DNA from: Thermomicrobiales bacterium
Lineage (GTDB): Bacteria; Chloroflexota; Chloroflexia; Thermomicrobiales; UBA6265
Length of the DNA: 64,000 bases
Direction: 5' to 3'
Assembly (NCBI GenBank): GCA_046328335.1
Contig: JAXLWU010000015.1
Span: 30,023 to 94,022 of the forward strand
This document shows, in pieces, positions 53,289 through 63,754 of the stretch; the first letter of the stretch is position 1, and the number at the start of each line of letters is the position of its first letter. The notes beneath the pieces were generated by a model. It did not search any database, was not told the origin of the DNA, and saw nothing but the letters and a program-made list of their open reading frames with translations. The position numbers were made by a program, and so were the translations under genes.

Positions 53289-53929
53289 GCGTGAGAGTGG
53301 CGATCATCGACTATGGGGCAGGGAATCTTCGCTCCATTAGGCGCGCGCTCGAGGCCGCTGACGCGACGGTGACGGTGACGTCAGACGCGGTGGAGGTTCG
53401 AGAAGCCGATGCGGTTGTTTTCCCCGGGGTCGGGGCCGCTGGCGCCGCCATGGACCGCCTGGATGAACTAGGCTTGGTGCCGGTCTGCGAAGACGTTGTT
53501 GTCGCAGGCAAGCCGTTTCTGGGAATCTGCCTTGGTATGCAATTGCTCTTCGAGGACCAGGAAGAAGGCAAAACTCGTGGCCTCGGGTTGCTGCGAGGGA
53601 GCGTGCGGAGTCTGCCGGATTCTGTCAAGGTTCCCCAAATCGGATGGAACCAGGTGCGTTGGCTCCAGGATGGAGCCGGATATGCTGCCAATGAAGGCGG
53701 GGATTTCTATTTCGTGCACTCCTATGTTGTGGTGCCGGACGACCCGGCAGACATCGTGGCCGTGACGCGGTACGGGACGGTGTTCCCAAGCATCGTCCGC
53801 CGGGAGAACGTCTGGGGCACCCAGTTCCATCCGGAAAAGAGCGGGCCTGCTGGGCTGCGAATGATCGCGGGGTGGGTCGACGCGGTGCGACTTGGGCAAG
53901 AACTTCAATTGGAGCGCGTGCCGGCGTGA
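53285..53929 (+). CDS. hisH: imidazole glycerol phosphate synthase, glutaminase subunit
   Basis: IIDYGAGNLRS, FPGVGA, GICLGMQLL (catalytic Cys), FHPEKS. ATGA overlap with hisB. Confidence 0.95.
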   Translation: MSVRVAIIDYGAGNLRSIRRALEAADATVTVTSDAVEVREADAVVFPGVGAAGAAMDRLDELGLVPVCEDVVVAGKPFLGICLGMQLLFEDQEEGKTRGLGLLRGSVRSLPDSVKVPQIGWNQVRWLQDGAGYAANEGGDFYFVHSYVVVPDDPADIVAVTRYGTVFPSIVRRENVWGTQFHPEKSGPAGLRMIAGWVDAVRLGQELQLERVPA

Positions 53930-54654
53930 TTTTGTATCCAGCAATCGACATTCGCGGCGGCCGCTGCGTGAGGTTGATCGAGGGCGATTTCAACCGGGAG
54001 ACCGCCTTTGATACCGATCCAGTCGATGCCGCCCGGCGTTGGGCCGATGCTGGCGCCGAGTGGCTCCATGTCGTCGACCTGGATGGCGCGGTTGCCGGTC
54101 ACTCGGCAAACCTGGACGCGGTGCGCCGAATCAGACGCGCCGTCGCCATGCCGATTCAGCTGGGTGGGGGACTGCGGTCGGTAGCGGCGATCCAGACCGC
54201 CCTCGACCTGGGCGTCAACCGCGTGATTCTCGGCACCGCCGCGGTTCGTGACAAGGATTTGGTTCAGGCGGCGGTCGAGCGCTGGGGCGATGCAATCGCG
54301 ATCGCGCTTGACGCGCGTGACGGCAAACTCGCGGCGGACGGCTGGTTGACGCAGACCGCAGCGAGCGCCGTCGATGTGGCGCAATCGCTCGCCGCGATTG
54401 GTGTCAAGCATTTCATCCTCACCGATATCCGACGCGATGGGACACTCGTCGGCCCGAATCTCGTCGGATTGGCCGAGGTCGTCGATGCCGTTCCCGCGCA
54501 GGTCATCGCATCCGGAGGGATGTCGCTACTCGCGGATGTTCAGGCCGTAGCCGAGACCGGCGCTGCGGGAGCGATCATCGGCCGCGCGCTCTACGATGGC
54601 CGGATTGATCTACGGGAAGCGCTCGTGCTGGCGGCAACACGAAATGGGCGATGA
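53926..54654 (+). CDS. hisA: ProFAR isomerase
   Basis: [50 protein letters not shown] overlap with hisH. Confidence 0.95.
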   Translation: MILYPAIDIRGGRCVRLIEGDFNRETAFDTDPVDAARRWADAGAEWLHVVDLDGAVAGHSANLDAVRRIRRAVAMPIQLGGGLRSVAAIQTALDLGVNRVILGTAAVRDKDLVQAAVERWGDAIAIALDARDGKLAADGWLTQTAASAVDVAQSLAAIGVKHFILTDIRRDGTLVGPNLVGLAEVVDAVPAQVIASGGMSLLADVQAVAETGAAGAIIGRALYDGRIDLREALVLAATRNGR

Positions 54655-55472
54655 TGCAGGTCCGGAGCATGGCGCAAGTTGACCTACCTGATTCCGGACC
54701 ATACCGCCGGATCATCCCGTGTCTCGACGTAACCGCCGGCCGGGTGGTCAAGGGCATCGAGTTCGTCAACCTGAGAGATGCGGGTGATCCGGTCGAACTC
54801 GCCGCATTTTACGATCGCGAGGGCGCGGATGAACTCGTCTTTCTCGACATCACCGCATCGTCCGATAGCCGTGAGACCATGGTCGAAGTCGTGGCGCGAA
54901 CGGCGGATCAGGTGTTCATTCCGTTGACCGTCGGGGGCGGCGTGCGCAGCGTGGGGGACATTCGGCAGCTTCTTGGGGCAGGCGCTGACAAGGTTTCGAT
55001 CAATACAGCGGCGATTCATGATCCCGATCTGATCAATGCTGGAGCGGAGATCTTCGGGCGTCAATGCATTGTTGTCGCAATCGACGCGAGGCGTGAACCA
55101 GAGCGAGACTCCTGGGGTGTCTACACGCACGGTGGACGCCGGCCCGCCGGTCGTGATGTGGTCGAGTGGGCGCAGGAAGCGGCGCGACGAGGAGCCGGTG
55201 AAATCCTGCTGACGAGTATGGATCGCGACGGCACCCGCGATGGCTACGATCTCGCGCTCCTGGAAGCGGTATCGGCGGCAGTCCCAATTCCTGTGATCGC
55301 CTCGGGTGGGGCGGGATCGCTTGATCACCTGGTCGAGGCATTGGCACCGGGCCGCGCCGATGCCGTCCTCGCGGCATCGATCTTCCATTTCGGCGAGTTT
55401 CGGATCGCGGAAGCCCGCTCTCATCTGGACGGCCACGGTATTCGGGTCCGGCAGCCGGTTCCGCCGACATGA
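54651..55472 (+). CDS. hisF: imidazole glycerol phosphate synthase, cyclase subunit
   Basis: [60 protein letters not shown] overlap with hisA. Confidence 0.95.
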   Translation: MMQVRSMAQVDLPDSGPYRRIIPCLDVTAGRVVKGIEFVNLRDAGDPVELAAFYDREGADELVFLDITASSDSRETMVEVVARTADQVFIPLTVGGGVRSVGDIRQLLGAGADKVSINTAAIHDPDLINAGAEIFGRQCIVVAIDARREPERDSWGVYTHGGRRPAGRDVVEWAQEAARRGAGEILLTSMDRDGTRDGYDLALLEAVSAAVPIPVIASGGAGSLDHLVEALAPGRADAVLAASIFHFGEFRIAEARSHLDGHGIRVRQPVPPT

Positions 55473-56419
55473 CTGACATTATTCAATTCGACGAGCGCGG
55501 ACTTGTGCCAGTCGTTGTTCAGGACGCCATCAGTGGCGATGTCCTGATGCTGGCCTACATGAACGCCCAGGCCCTTGAATGGACCCAGTCGACGGGCCGG
55601 GCACACTACTGGAGCCGAAGTCGGAATGTCCTGTGGCGCAAGGGTGCGACATCGGGAAACGAGCAGATCGTTGAAGAAATTCGCATCAACTGTGAGGAAA
55701 ACAGCCTGCTGCTCGTGGTAACACAGACCGGCGCGGTGTGCCACACCGGCTATCCGACGTGCTTCTACAGGAGAATCGAACCAGACGGCGCACTGACGAT
55801 TGTGCGGACCCAGCGGTTCGACCCGGCAGCGGTCTATGGGCATACAGACCACGCCGGACAGATTGAGCGAACCGAGATCGACGAGCTGGCGGAAGCGACA
55901 CGGGAGCAGTTTGCCGCCTACGCGTTTCTCCGCGACAACGATCTGACGGCGGAATCAGGGACCTCGGCGCGTCTTCGCAATCGTGACGAGGAGATCGAAC
56001 ATCGCCTTGCCGACGAACTTCGTGAACTTGCCGGTGTGCTCGAAGGTTCGCATCACCATCTCGGTGGCGAGGAAGACGTCATCCTCGAGGCGTCGCAAGT
56101 GGTGTATTGGGCATTCCTGGTCGCGTTGCGCGCCAACGCAACCTGGTCGCGTCTGCGTCCAGACTTGGCCCTCGCAACGTCAGTTGCCGAGTTGGCCGCG
56201 CCGACGATTGCTGCCATGCTGCGCCACGACGCCAGGACCTGGGAGTCGAGGGCCACGCTGCGCGCGGACCGAATTTCAAAGGCTCATGCCACTCTTGCCC
56301 TCGTCGGGCAGGCATGCCGAAATTGTGGCATCGACCCTATTGCGATCATCAACAGGGATCTCGCCGCATTGCGAGCGCGGCCGTACCTGCAGCAATTCTT
56401 CCGTCATCGCCGCGGCTGA
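55469..56419 (+). CDS. hisIE: bifunctional phosphoribosyl-AMP cyclohydrolase / phosphoribosyl-ATP pyrophosphatase-like, enlarged C-terminal part
   Basis: The N-terminal HisI blocks are clear: [38 protein letters not shown]. The C-terminal ~200 aa are only loosely HisE/MazG-like ([11 protein letters not shown]...[14 protein letters not shown]). ATGA overlap with hisF. Confidence 0.8.
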   Translation: MTDIIQFDERGLVPVVVQDAISGDVLMLAYMNAQALEWTQSTGRAHYWSRSRNVLWRKGATSGNEQIVEEIRINCEENSLLLVVTQTGAVCHTGYPTCFYRRIEPDGALTIVRTQRFDPAAVYGHTDHAGQIERTEIDELAEATREQFAAYAFLRDNDLTAESGTSARLRNRDEEIEHRLADELRELAGVLEGSHHHLGGEEDVILEASQVVYWAFLVALRANATWSRLRPDLALATSVAELAAPTIAAMLRHDARTWESRATLRADRISKAHATLALVGQACRNCGIDPIAIINRDLAALRARPYLQQFFRHRRG

Positions 56420-56461
56420 TCCGAGTTGCCCGTGTTGCATTCACGCCTGTGAGCCTCATCC

Positions 56462-57214
56462 GTGACTGACGCGAAGGAGCAACGCGCACCTCTAGGGGAA
56501 CGACTCTGGAGTCCATGGCGTGGCGGCTATGTCACACGTGGTATTCGCGAAGAAGGATGCCTGTTCTGCAACCGGCTCGGCGCTACCGATGACGTATCGT
56601 CGTTGATCCTTTTCCGTGGCAATCACGCCTTCGTGATCATGAATCTCTATCCTTACAACACCGGGCATGTCATGCTTGCGCCCAACGCGCACGTCGCCTC
56701 GCCAGAAGACGCAGACCATGCGACGACGAAAGAACTGGCGGAACTCAGGGTTCCCGCACTCCGCGCGCTCCGGCGCGCCCTCCGGCCTGATGGATTCAAT
56801 CTGGGTCTGAATATCGGTTCGCCGGCCGGGGCAGGAGTCGCCGATCATTTTCACGAGCACGTCGTGCCGCGCTGGGTCGGTGATGCCAACTTCATGCCGA
56901 TCCTGGCCGGAACGATGGTCATGCCTGAACTGATTCCTGCCACCTACGCCAAACTCCGGGCAGAATACGATCGCGAGTTGAACGAGGGCAGCGACGCGCG
57001 CCTCGTCGTGATCGAGAAGGACACAGGTGTGGAGCGTGCAAGCGAGCCCGTCCGTCTGGAGGCCGAGGACGACGAGCCGTTGTGGCGAACAGCGCTTCGT
57101 GAGGCTGGAAATCTGGGTGTACGAGATGCGCTCATTGTGGGCTGGCAGGAACTGCCGGCGCTCGGGCCAAAAGCCGGCGGCTTTCTCGTTACCTCAGGTT
57201 CAATCGCGGACTAA
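56462..57214 (+). CDS. HIT-family nucleotide hydrolase/phosphorylase (Ap4A phosphorylase-like) with ~85-aa C-terminal extension
   Basis: CLFC, AFVIMNLYPYNTGHVMLAP, and the histidine triad region HFHEHVVPRW. Confidence 0.75.
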   Translation: MTDAKEQRAPLGERLWSPWRGGYVTRGIREEGCLFCNRLGATDDVSSLILFRGNHAFVIMNLYPYNTGHVMLAPNAHVASPEDADHATTKELAELRVPALRALRRALRPDGFNLGLNIGSPAGAGVADHFHEHVVPRWVGDANFMPILAGTMVMPELIPATYAKLRAEYDRELNEGSDARLVVIEKDTGVERASEPVRLEAEDDEPLWRTALREAGNLGVRDALIVGWQELPALGPKAGGFLVTSGSIAD

Positions 57215-57357
57215 CGTGGTGCGGCGGTCGCCACCAGGTTTTGGGTCTCTCTCCGCGCATCCTGAGGTCCTGATCGGCTTGCGACGGGCCGTTTCCCGCC
57301 GGCCCCTATAATCACCTCACGAACCGCGACGGATCGGCGTGGAGGGAGCCTTGAACG

Positions 57358-58737
57358 GTGCCGGGGGCTGAGCTGAGGCGGGAAGCGTCCTATCGGCAGG
57401 GATCGCCCTTTAGCACGGGGATCGCTCTCGCCATCGAGGCGGTTGGCGCCGCCATCGAAGTGTTTCTTCTCCCGAGTGTGGTCCTCGCGTTTTTCGTCGC
57501 CGAACTCACCCCGTCCTACACAACCATCGGCCTCGTGCCAGCCATTGCGACCGCGTTTTGGACCCTCGGCCGCGTCCCAGCGGCGATCGCATTGTCCGGT
57601 CGTAGGCGTCTTCAACCCTGGGCCTTCGGTGCCGCCGCTACCCGCGCCGGCGCCATCTTGATCCTTGGCGTTTTCGTTAGTCGGACGAACGTCGCTTCGC
57701 TCGGTGGCACGGCAAGACCTCTGCTCGGGGCATTTTTTCTCTGTTTCATTGTCTACGCTTTGGCGTCGGGTTTCGGCAGTGTGGCGCAGGAAGGCGTGAT
57801 CCGCACGACGATCAAAGCCTTGGCGTGGGAGCAATTCGTTACGCTCCGCGCTCTGTGGTCGGCGGCGGCCTCTCTACTTGCCGCGATCATTGTCACTCGC
57901 GTTCTCGCCAGCGCGGGCGTCGTGTTTCCAGCCAATTACGGCCGGCTCTTCATCATCGTGGCTGTCATCCTGATTGCGATGGCAGCGGCGCTGATTCCAC
58001 TCCGAGAGCCAGTCTTTCCGGCAGCTGGTACGCACGAGATGCTTGCCGCACGATCGATGCGGTCTCTCCTCGGAAACGCTCGCTGGCGAAGATTCACGAC
58101 ATTTCAGTTGCTTTTCGCTGCTTCCGGTGCGATCGATCCCTTTCTCTTTCTTTACGCGGTCACGAGGCTGGGACTGGCGCCAGCGAGCATTGGCACGTTT
58201 GTCATCGCCGGCGTACTAGGGTGGGTAGTCACCGCTCCACTCTGGCACGCGATGCAGCAGAAATACGGTCCGCGTGCGGTCTTGCGAAGCGCTTCCGTGC
58301 TGCGCGTCGTTCCTCCCGCGGTCGCGCTCGTCGTGCCACAGATTGCCGCAACGGAGCAATTGGCGGCTTGGTCGGCGGGCCGAGTGTCGCTTGGCAGTCT
58401 CTATGCCGTCGCGTTCGTAGCGATCGGATGCGCGCTGGCGGGACAATCTCGCGCGGCGAATGCGTACGCGCGTACCGCGCTGCCTGCGCCGATCGCGCGG
58501 GCCGGCTCTGAAACGATCAATATGCTGTTGATCGGCGCCGCGTTTGCGCCGGTCGCGGGCGGGGCGATGATCCAGCGTTATGGCTACGAGACGCTCTTCG
58601 TCGCTGTCGCTGTCGTTGCGCTAGCCGCGGTGCTCCTCAGCGGAACCATGGCCGATTCGCCGGCGATGACTACGAATCGCACCCGGGAAATCGAACCGCA
58701 GTTGGGGATACTTGCGGTATCGTCCGCACGCGGCTGA
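57358..58737 (+). CDS. MFS-type transporter
   Basis: 459 aa with ~12 hydrophobic helices in two halves, separated by a basic loop (RSMRSLLGNARWRR). Confidence 0.6.
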   Translation: MPGAELRREASYRQGSPFSTGIALAIEAVGAAIEVFLLPSVVLAFFVAELTPSYTTIGLVPAIATAFWTLGRVPAAIALSGRRRLQPWAFGAAATRAGAILILGVFVSRTNVASLGGTARPLLGAFFLCFIVYALASGFGSVAQEGVIRTTIKALAWEQFVTLRALWSAAASLLAAIIVTRVLASAGVVFPANYGRLFIIVAVILIAMAAALIPLREPVFPAAGTHEMLAARSMRSLLGNARWRRFTTFQLLFAASGAIDPFLFLYAVTRLGLAPASIGTFVIAGVLGWVVTAPLWHAMQQKYGPRAVLRSASVLRVVPPAVALVVPQIAATEQLAAWSAGRVSLGSLYAVAFVAIGCALAGQSRAANAYARTALPAPIARAGSETINMLLIGAAFAPVAGGAMIQRYGYETLFVAVAVVALAAVLLSGTMADSPAMTTNRTREIEPQLGILAVSSARG

Positions 58738-58766
58738 TGGATTGCGTTCACTACCAGGGTGATCGA

Positions 58767-60404
58767 TCAGGTGAGTGACGGACCGGCGCTTCGCACGTTT
58801 CCCGCTACGCCAGCCGAAAACTGATCGAAATTCGCCGCCAGCCCGACCGCGAGTTTTCGTGCCGTCTCATCGAACGCGATTGGATCCGTCCAGGTCGATC
58901 GTGGCGATAGCAGCGCTGAAGGAACGCCTGGCGCCTCCGTCGGTACCGCAAAGCCGAATACTGGATCGATCGCAGTCGGAGCCGAGGCGATCGATCCATC
59001 GAGAATTGCAGCCACTATTGCTCTCGTCAGTGCGATCGGCATCCGAGACCCGACTCCGTACGGGCCTCCAGTCCAGCCGGTATTGACAAGCCAGACATCC
59101 GCCCCGTGGCGATCGAGACGCGTGCCGAAGAGCTCGGCATAGCGGAGCGGTGGCAGGGGAAGAAACGGCGAGCCAAAACAGGCCGAGTAGGTGGCCTCCG
59201 GTTCGGTCACGCCTTTTTCCGTTCCGGCAAGCTTTGAGGTGTAGCCGGACAGGAACCAGAACAGCGCCTGGTCGCGCGTGAGTCTCGCCACCGGCGGCAG
59301 CACCCCGAACGCATCCGCCGACAGGAACAGAACATTTGCCGGATGCTGGCCGGTTCCCCCAGCAGCAGGATCGAGATAATCGAGAGGAAATGCGGCCCGC
59401 GTGTTTTCGGTCAGCGAACCGTCGTCATATATCGGCTTGCGGGTCGCGGTGTCCAGCACTACATTCTCGAGAATGGTGCCGAAACGCCGAGTCGCCTGAT
59501 AAATCTGCGGTTCAGCATCCGGGGAAAGTCCGATTGTTTTGGCGTACGAACCCCCCTCGAAGTTGAAGATGCCCTGGTCGCCCCATCCATGCTCGTCGTC
59601 GCCGATGAGCCGGCGGCGGATATCAGTCGAGAGCGTCGTCTTGCCCGTACCGGAGAGACCGAAAAAGAGGGCCGTATCGCCTTCGGTGCCTTCGTTTGCC
59701 GAGCAGTGCATCGTGGCAACGCCCTTCTCCGGCAGGATTCCCTGAAGCACCGTAAAGATCGATTTTTTGATCTCGCCAGCGTATTCCGTGCCTGCAATAA
59801 GCACCCGGCGCCACTCGAAGTCGATTGCGATCACGGTTTCGCCGCGAGTGCCGTGGCGGCCAGGATGGGCAAGGAGTCTTGGCGCGTGGAGGATGACCCA
59901 GTCATCGGAACCGGTATTCCGGGAGGCGTCACCGGGCAGGAAGAGGTTCCGGGCAAAGAGAGCCGACCACGGACTTTCGGTGACGAGTTGGACCTGGGTC
60001 TGGAATCGTGGATCGGCGCCGGCTGCGAGATCCATGCGATAGCGATCGACCTGATTCAGGTGTTCGACGATGTCCGCGTGGAGACGGGCGAACGATTGCG
60101 GCGACATCGCTTGATTCACGCTGCCCCACCAGACTTGGTCCGCCAAGTCGCCGTGGCGAACGATGTACTTGTCGCGTGGAGACCGTCCGGTATGAACACC
60201 TGTCCGAACTGAAAGTGCGCCAGCGTCAGTCAGTTGCCCTTCACCGCGGCGGATCGCGTGTTCGACCAGTTCAGCCGGGGACAGGTTCCGGAATTCGCCA
60301 GGGGTCGAAGTGGTTCGCTTGCGCGAGGGCCAAGTTTCGACCGCAAACAGTTCGGAGGAGGGAGCACCAACGGAAAGCGATGTCCAGACACTCCGTTCAA
60401 CCAC
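58767..60404 (-). CDS. pckA: phosphoenolpyruvate carboxykinase (ATP)
   Basis: GRSPRDKYIV, FFGLSGTGKTTLS (kinase-1a), IGDDEHGW, FNFEGGSYAKT, WLVNTGW. Confidence 0.95.
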   Translation of the reverse strand: MVERSVWTSLSVGAPSSELFAVETWPSRKRTTSTPGEFRNLSPAELVEHAIRRGEGQLTDAGALSVRTGVHTGRSPRDKYIVRHGDLADQVWWGSVNQAMSPQSFARLHADIVEHLNQVDRYRMDLAAGADPRFQTQVQLVTESPWSALFARNLFLPGDASRNTGSDDWVILHAPRLLAHPGRHGTRGETVIAIDFEWRRVLIAGTEYAGEIKKSIFTVLQGILPEKGVATMHCSANEGTEGDTALFFGLSGTGKTTLSTDIRRRLIGDDEHGWGDQGIFNFEGGSYAKTIGLSPDAEPQIYQATRRFGTILENVVLDTATRKPIYDDGSLTENTRAAFPLDYLDPAAGGTGQHPANVLFLSADAFGVLPPVARLTRDQALFWFLSGYTSKLAGTEKGVTEPEATYSACFGSPFLPLPPLRYAELFGTRLDRHGADVWLVNTGWTGGPYGVGSRMPIALTRAIVAAILDGSIASAPTAIDPVFGFAVPTEAPGVPSALLSPRSTWTDPIAFDETARKLAVGLAANFDQFSAGVAGNVRSAGPSLT

Positions 60405-60559
60405 CTGAGTACCTTTCCAATCACTTGCTGTCTTCCAGAATCAAGCGAATCGGGCCGGCCATTCGCCCGCGCGACGAACGCGCCAAACGGCCCGCGAACG
60501 ACCCCGGCCAGGATCGCAAGAATGGGACCCGCTGCGCCTGAAGAACTGCATTCCCTGTC

Positions 60560-61951
60560 CTAGGCAACCAGGGCGGGATGGATCGCCCGTAGCGCCCGTC
60601 CAAATGCGGCGAGGACGTCGTCAACCGTTGCCGTCGTCATCGGCGTCGACGTACACATCATCAACCGAGGTGCGACGTACACGCCTTCCAGGAGGAGCGC
60701 GAGGTGCATGAGCCGCGCCAAGCCCTTGTCGTTCGCCGCCGCATCACGATAGACGCGAACCTTTTCCGCTCCCAGGTGCAGCCCTGCGAACGATCCGTAG
60801 CCGGTAACGGTCCCTGTGACTCCCTGGTCCGCGAGTTCCGCGCGTAGGCCGGAGCGGAGACGTTCACCGAGAGCGTTGATTCGGGCGACTTCTTCGCCGG
60901 GATACTCCTCCATCGCCGCGACCCCCGCCGCCATCGTGATCAGGTTGCCGTTGAAGGTGCCCGATTGCCAGAGCGGCGCCGGGCGATGGGGATCGAACTG
61001 CTCCATGACATTGGCCCGGCCGCCGAACGCACCGACCGGAAAGCCACCGCCGATGATCTTGGCGAATGAGGTGATATCAGGACGGACTCCAGCTTGTTCC
61101 TGATAGCCGCCTCGTTCCAGCCGGAAACTCATCACCTCATCGAAGATGAGGAGTGCGCCATGTTCCGTCGTGAGTTCGCGCAGCGCCCGTAGGTACGCCG
61201 TGTCGGCGGGGAGCATGCCGGCGGAACCCATGACTGGTTCGATGATGACCGCGGCAACATCCGAGCCACGTGCGCGGAGCAACCGCTCGATGGCGGTGAC
61301 GTCGTTGAAAGGGGTTACCAGCACGTTGTCAACCGTGTTTCGCGGCACGCCGCGGGTGCCAAGAACACCGCGAGGATCACCGGCAGGTCCAATCGCCGGA
61401 TCGTCCAGCGCGGGGTGAACGCTGACTTCCACGTCGTCGTACGTCCCGTGGTAGCCGCCTTCCATCTTGACGATGACATCCCGGCCGGTGAATGCGCGCG
61501 CGGCGCGGATCGCATTCATCACCGCCTCAGTGCCCGAGTTGCAGAAGCGAATCATGTCGACTGACGTAACGCGCTCGGTCATGATCTCCGCGAGGCGAGT
61601 TTGCGATTCGTTCGGGGCCGGAAACGCGGTGCCGTGGGGAACATGGGTCATGACCGCGGCGACCGTGGCTGGGTGACCGTGACCGTGGATGAGGGATGTG
61701 TAGTTGTTCAGCAGGTCGATATAGGTCCGGCCATCGGCGTCCTGGATGCGATAGCCGCTGCCTTCGGCGACGGCGAGGGGATAGGGCGCGTGGAATGCCA
61801 CCGTGCGCGTATCACCGCCAGGCATGACGCGCCGGGCTGCCGCGTGAAGCGCCGCGGAGCGGGGCGAACAGGCGCGAAAATCTGCGAGGATGTCCGCCTC
61901 GATCTCGGCGCGTGACCTGGAATCGAACGCCGAGGAAATCTGGACCGCCAT
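60560..61951 (-). CDS. class-III PLP enzyme, glutamate-1-semialdehyde 2,1-aminomutase-like
   Basis: VMPGGDTR, LLNNYTSLIHGHGHP, NSGTEAVMNAIRAARAFTGR, LIFDEVMSFR, SFAKIIGGGFPVGAFGG (PLP Lys). ATG at 61951; upstream of it the ORF is not protein-like. Confidence 0.8.
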   Translation of the reverse strand: MAVQISSAFDSRSRAEIEADILADFRACSPRSAALHAAARRVMPGGDTRTVAFHAPYPLAVAEGSGYRIQDADGRTYIDLLNNYTSLIHGHGHPATVAAVMTHVPHGTAFPAPNESQTRLAEIMTERVTSVDMIRFCNSGTEAVMNAIRAARAFTGRDVIVKMEGGYHGTYDDVEVSVHPALDDPAIGPAGDPRGVLGTRGVPRNTVDNVLVTPFNDVTAIERLLRARGSDVAAVIIEPVMGSAGMLPADTAYLRALRELTTEHGALLIFDEVMSFRLERGGYQEQAGVRPDITSFAKIIGGGFPVGAFGGRANVMEQFDPHRPAPLWQSGTFNGNLITMAAGVAAMEEYPGEEVARINALGERLRSGLRAELADQGVTGTVTGYGSFAGLHLGAEKVRVYRDAAANDKGLARLMHLALLLEGVYVAPRLMMCTSTPMTTATVDDVLAAFGRALRAIHPALVA

Positions 61952-62074
61952 GAACCGCCCCCTTGTCGCCGTGACTACCGGACTCGCTTCGATCGTAGGG
62001 ATCGATTGCGGGTGCGTCAAGAAAGGGTACGATGACTGGCGGAATCTTGTGACTGAGACGAGGAGCCGGAGCGC

Positions 62075-63235
62075 GTGAAGATCGAGCCATTCCAGCTCGA
62101 ACGCTGGATGACTAAGTACGAAATGAATGTGACATGGGACATTGCCGAGAGCGGCATCTTTCCCATGACCATGCGTGAGATCGTCGAGTTGCTGCCTCTG
62201 CCACAACAGCAACAGGCACTCGATCGGCTTCTCGATCTTCGTCTTGGCTACAGCGAGGCGCGAGGCAGCCTCGAACTTCGCACACTGCTCGCCGATACCT
62301 ATGCCGCGCTGACTCCCGAGGAAGTTCTGGTGACGACGGGAGCGATCGAAGCGAACTTCGTATTGCTGAATGAACTGCTTTCACCTGGAGACCGCGTCAT
62401 CGTTGTCGAGCCGCAGTATCAGCAATTGCGGAGCGTGCCGGCGGCGATTGGGTGCGACGTCGTTCCCTGGCGCGTGCGCGATGCCAACGGGTTTCGCTAT
62501 GACCTCGCTGAACTGCGCGAACTTGCCTGCCGTGGCGCGAAGATGATCGTGCTCAACACCCCCCACAATCCGACCGGCGCGATGCTCTCGGCGAGCGAAC
62601 TGGCAGAGGTCTATCGACTGGCTGAGGAACTCGACGCGTATGTACTGAGCGACGAGGCGTACCGGTGGCTCGCCGTTCCCGGCGGTGAAGCGCTGCCGCC
62701 GCCGATGCGCGACCTCGGTCCCCGCGCAATCAGCATTGGCACCTTCTCCAAACCGTTTGGACTACCAGGTTTGCGCATCGGCTGGATTGCCGCCACCGAA
62801 GAGATCGTCCAGCGCTGCTGGGGGATGCGCGATTACATCAGCCTCAGTCCGGGCAAACTGAACGATGCGCTCGCGGTATTGGCATTCGCACATCGCGATC
62901 AGATCATCGAGAGAACGAGAGCGATCGTTGCCGAAAATCTTGCTTTTGCGGACCAGTGGTTCGCGTCAAACGCCGATCTGGTTTCGTGGCATCCGCCACG
63001 GGGTGGTCTGCTGGCGATGTTGCGGTATAACCTGGAATTGCCGTCGAACCAGTTAGCCAACCATCTCGCCGAGCAGTACAGCGTCATGCTAGCGCCCGGA
63101 GCCGCGTTCGGGTTTGAAGGCTATTTGCGCATCGGGGTCGGCAACAGCCCCGATTTGTTCCGGGAAGGACTGTGGCAAACGACGCGTTGTCTGCGTGAAT
63201 TGCTGGAAGATGGCGTTTCGCTTCGCACACCGTGA
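62075..63235 (+). CDS. class I/II PLP aminotransferase
   Basis: FQLERWMTKYE..V.WDIAESG, LNTPHNPTGA, SDEAY, GTFSKPFGLPGLRIGW (PLP Lys), LRIGVG. Confidence 0.85.
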   Translation: MKIEPFQLERWMTKYEMNVTWDIAESGIFPMTMREIVELLPLPQQQQALDRLLDLRLGYSEARGSLELRTLLADTYAALTPEEVLVTTGAIEANFVLLNELLSPGDRVIVVEPQYQQLRSVPAAIGCDVVPWRVRDANGFRYDLAELRELACRGAKMIVLNTPHNPTGAMLSASELAEVYRLAEELDAYVLSDEAYRWLAVPGGEALPPPMRDLGPRAISIGTFSKPFGLPGLRIGWIAATEEIVQRCWGMRDYISLSPGKLNDALAVLAFAHRDQIIERTRAIVAENLAFADQWFASNADLVSWHPPRGGLLAMLRYNLELPSNQLANHLAEQYSVMLAPGAAFGFEGYLRIGVGNSPDLFREGLWQTTRCLRELLEDGVSLRTP

Positions 63236-63259
63236 GTCAAGAGGCAATCGAGGCAAGGG

Positions 63260-63754
63260 TTAGCCGATCGGTTTGGCCATGCGAATGTGGTCGGGACGAT
63301 AGCCGCAGCGCTCATAGAAGGCGATGGCTCCCGTCTTCGTGGCGAACACGTCCAACACCACCTCCCGAAAACCATGATGCCTTGCCCAGTCTTCGGCATG
63401 TCGCAGAAGGAGTCGGCCAATGCCCTGGCCCTCGGCATCGGCATCGACGACCAGGACGTCGACATAGGCGCGAGGATGCTCGGTAAAGTAATCGCGGTCT
63501 GGATGGACTGAGATCAATCCGAGCGTCAGGTCCCCGCGCACGGCAACGAATGCAACGGTGCTCGGCTCCGCGCTCAGCAAACGGTCACCGATTGAGCCGA
63601 AAAACGCCTGCATCGTCACCTGGTCGCGAGGGGAGATTGTCGGTCCGGGATCGAGTCGTCCTCCGACCCGGGCGATGAACGCTCGATCTGTTTCGGCATC
63701 AAATGGGCGAATGAGGGTGTCCCCAGCGCGGGTGTTGTGGTCCATGTCAGGCAC
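63260..63754 (-). CDS. GNAT-family N-acetyltransferase
   Basis: VDVLVVDADAEGQGIGRLLLRHAEDWARHHGF..VVLDV...AIAFYERCGY is the acetyl-CoA binding motif A/B region. Alternative ATG at 63745. Confidence 0.85.
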   Translation of the reverse strand: MPDMDHNTRAGDTLIRPFDAETDRAFIARVGGRLDPGPTISPRDQVTMQAFFGSIGDRLLSAEPSTVAFVAVRGDLTLGLISVHPDRDYFTEHPRAYVDVLVVDADAEGQGIGRLLLRHAEDWARHHGFREVVLDVFATKTGAIAFYERCGYRPDHIRMAKPIG

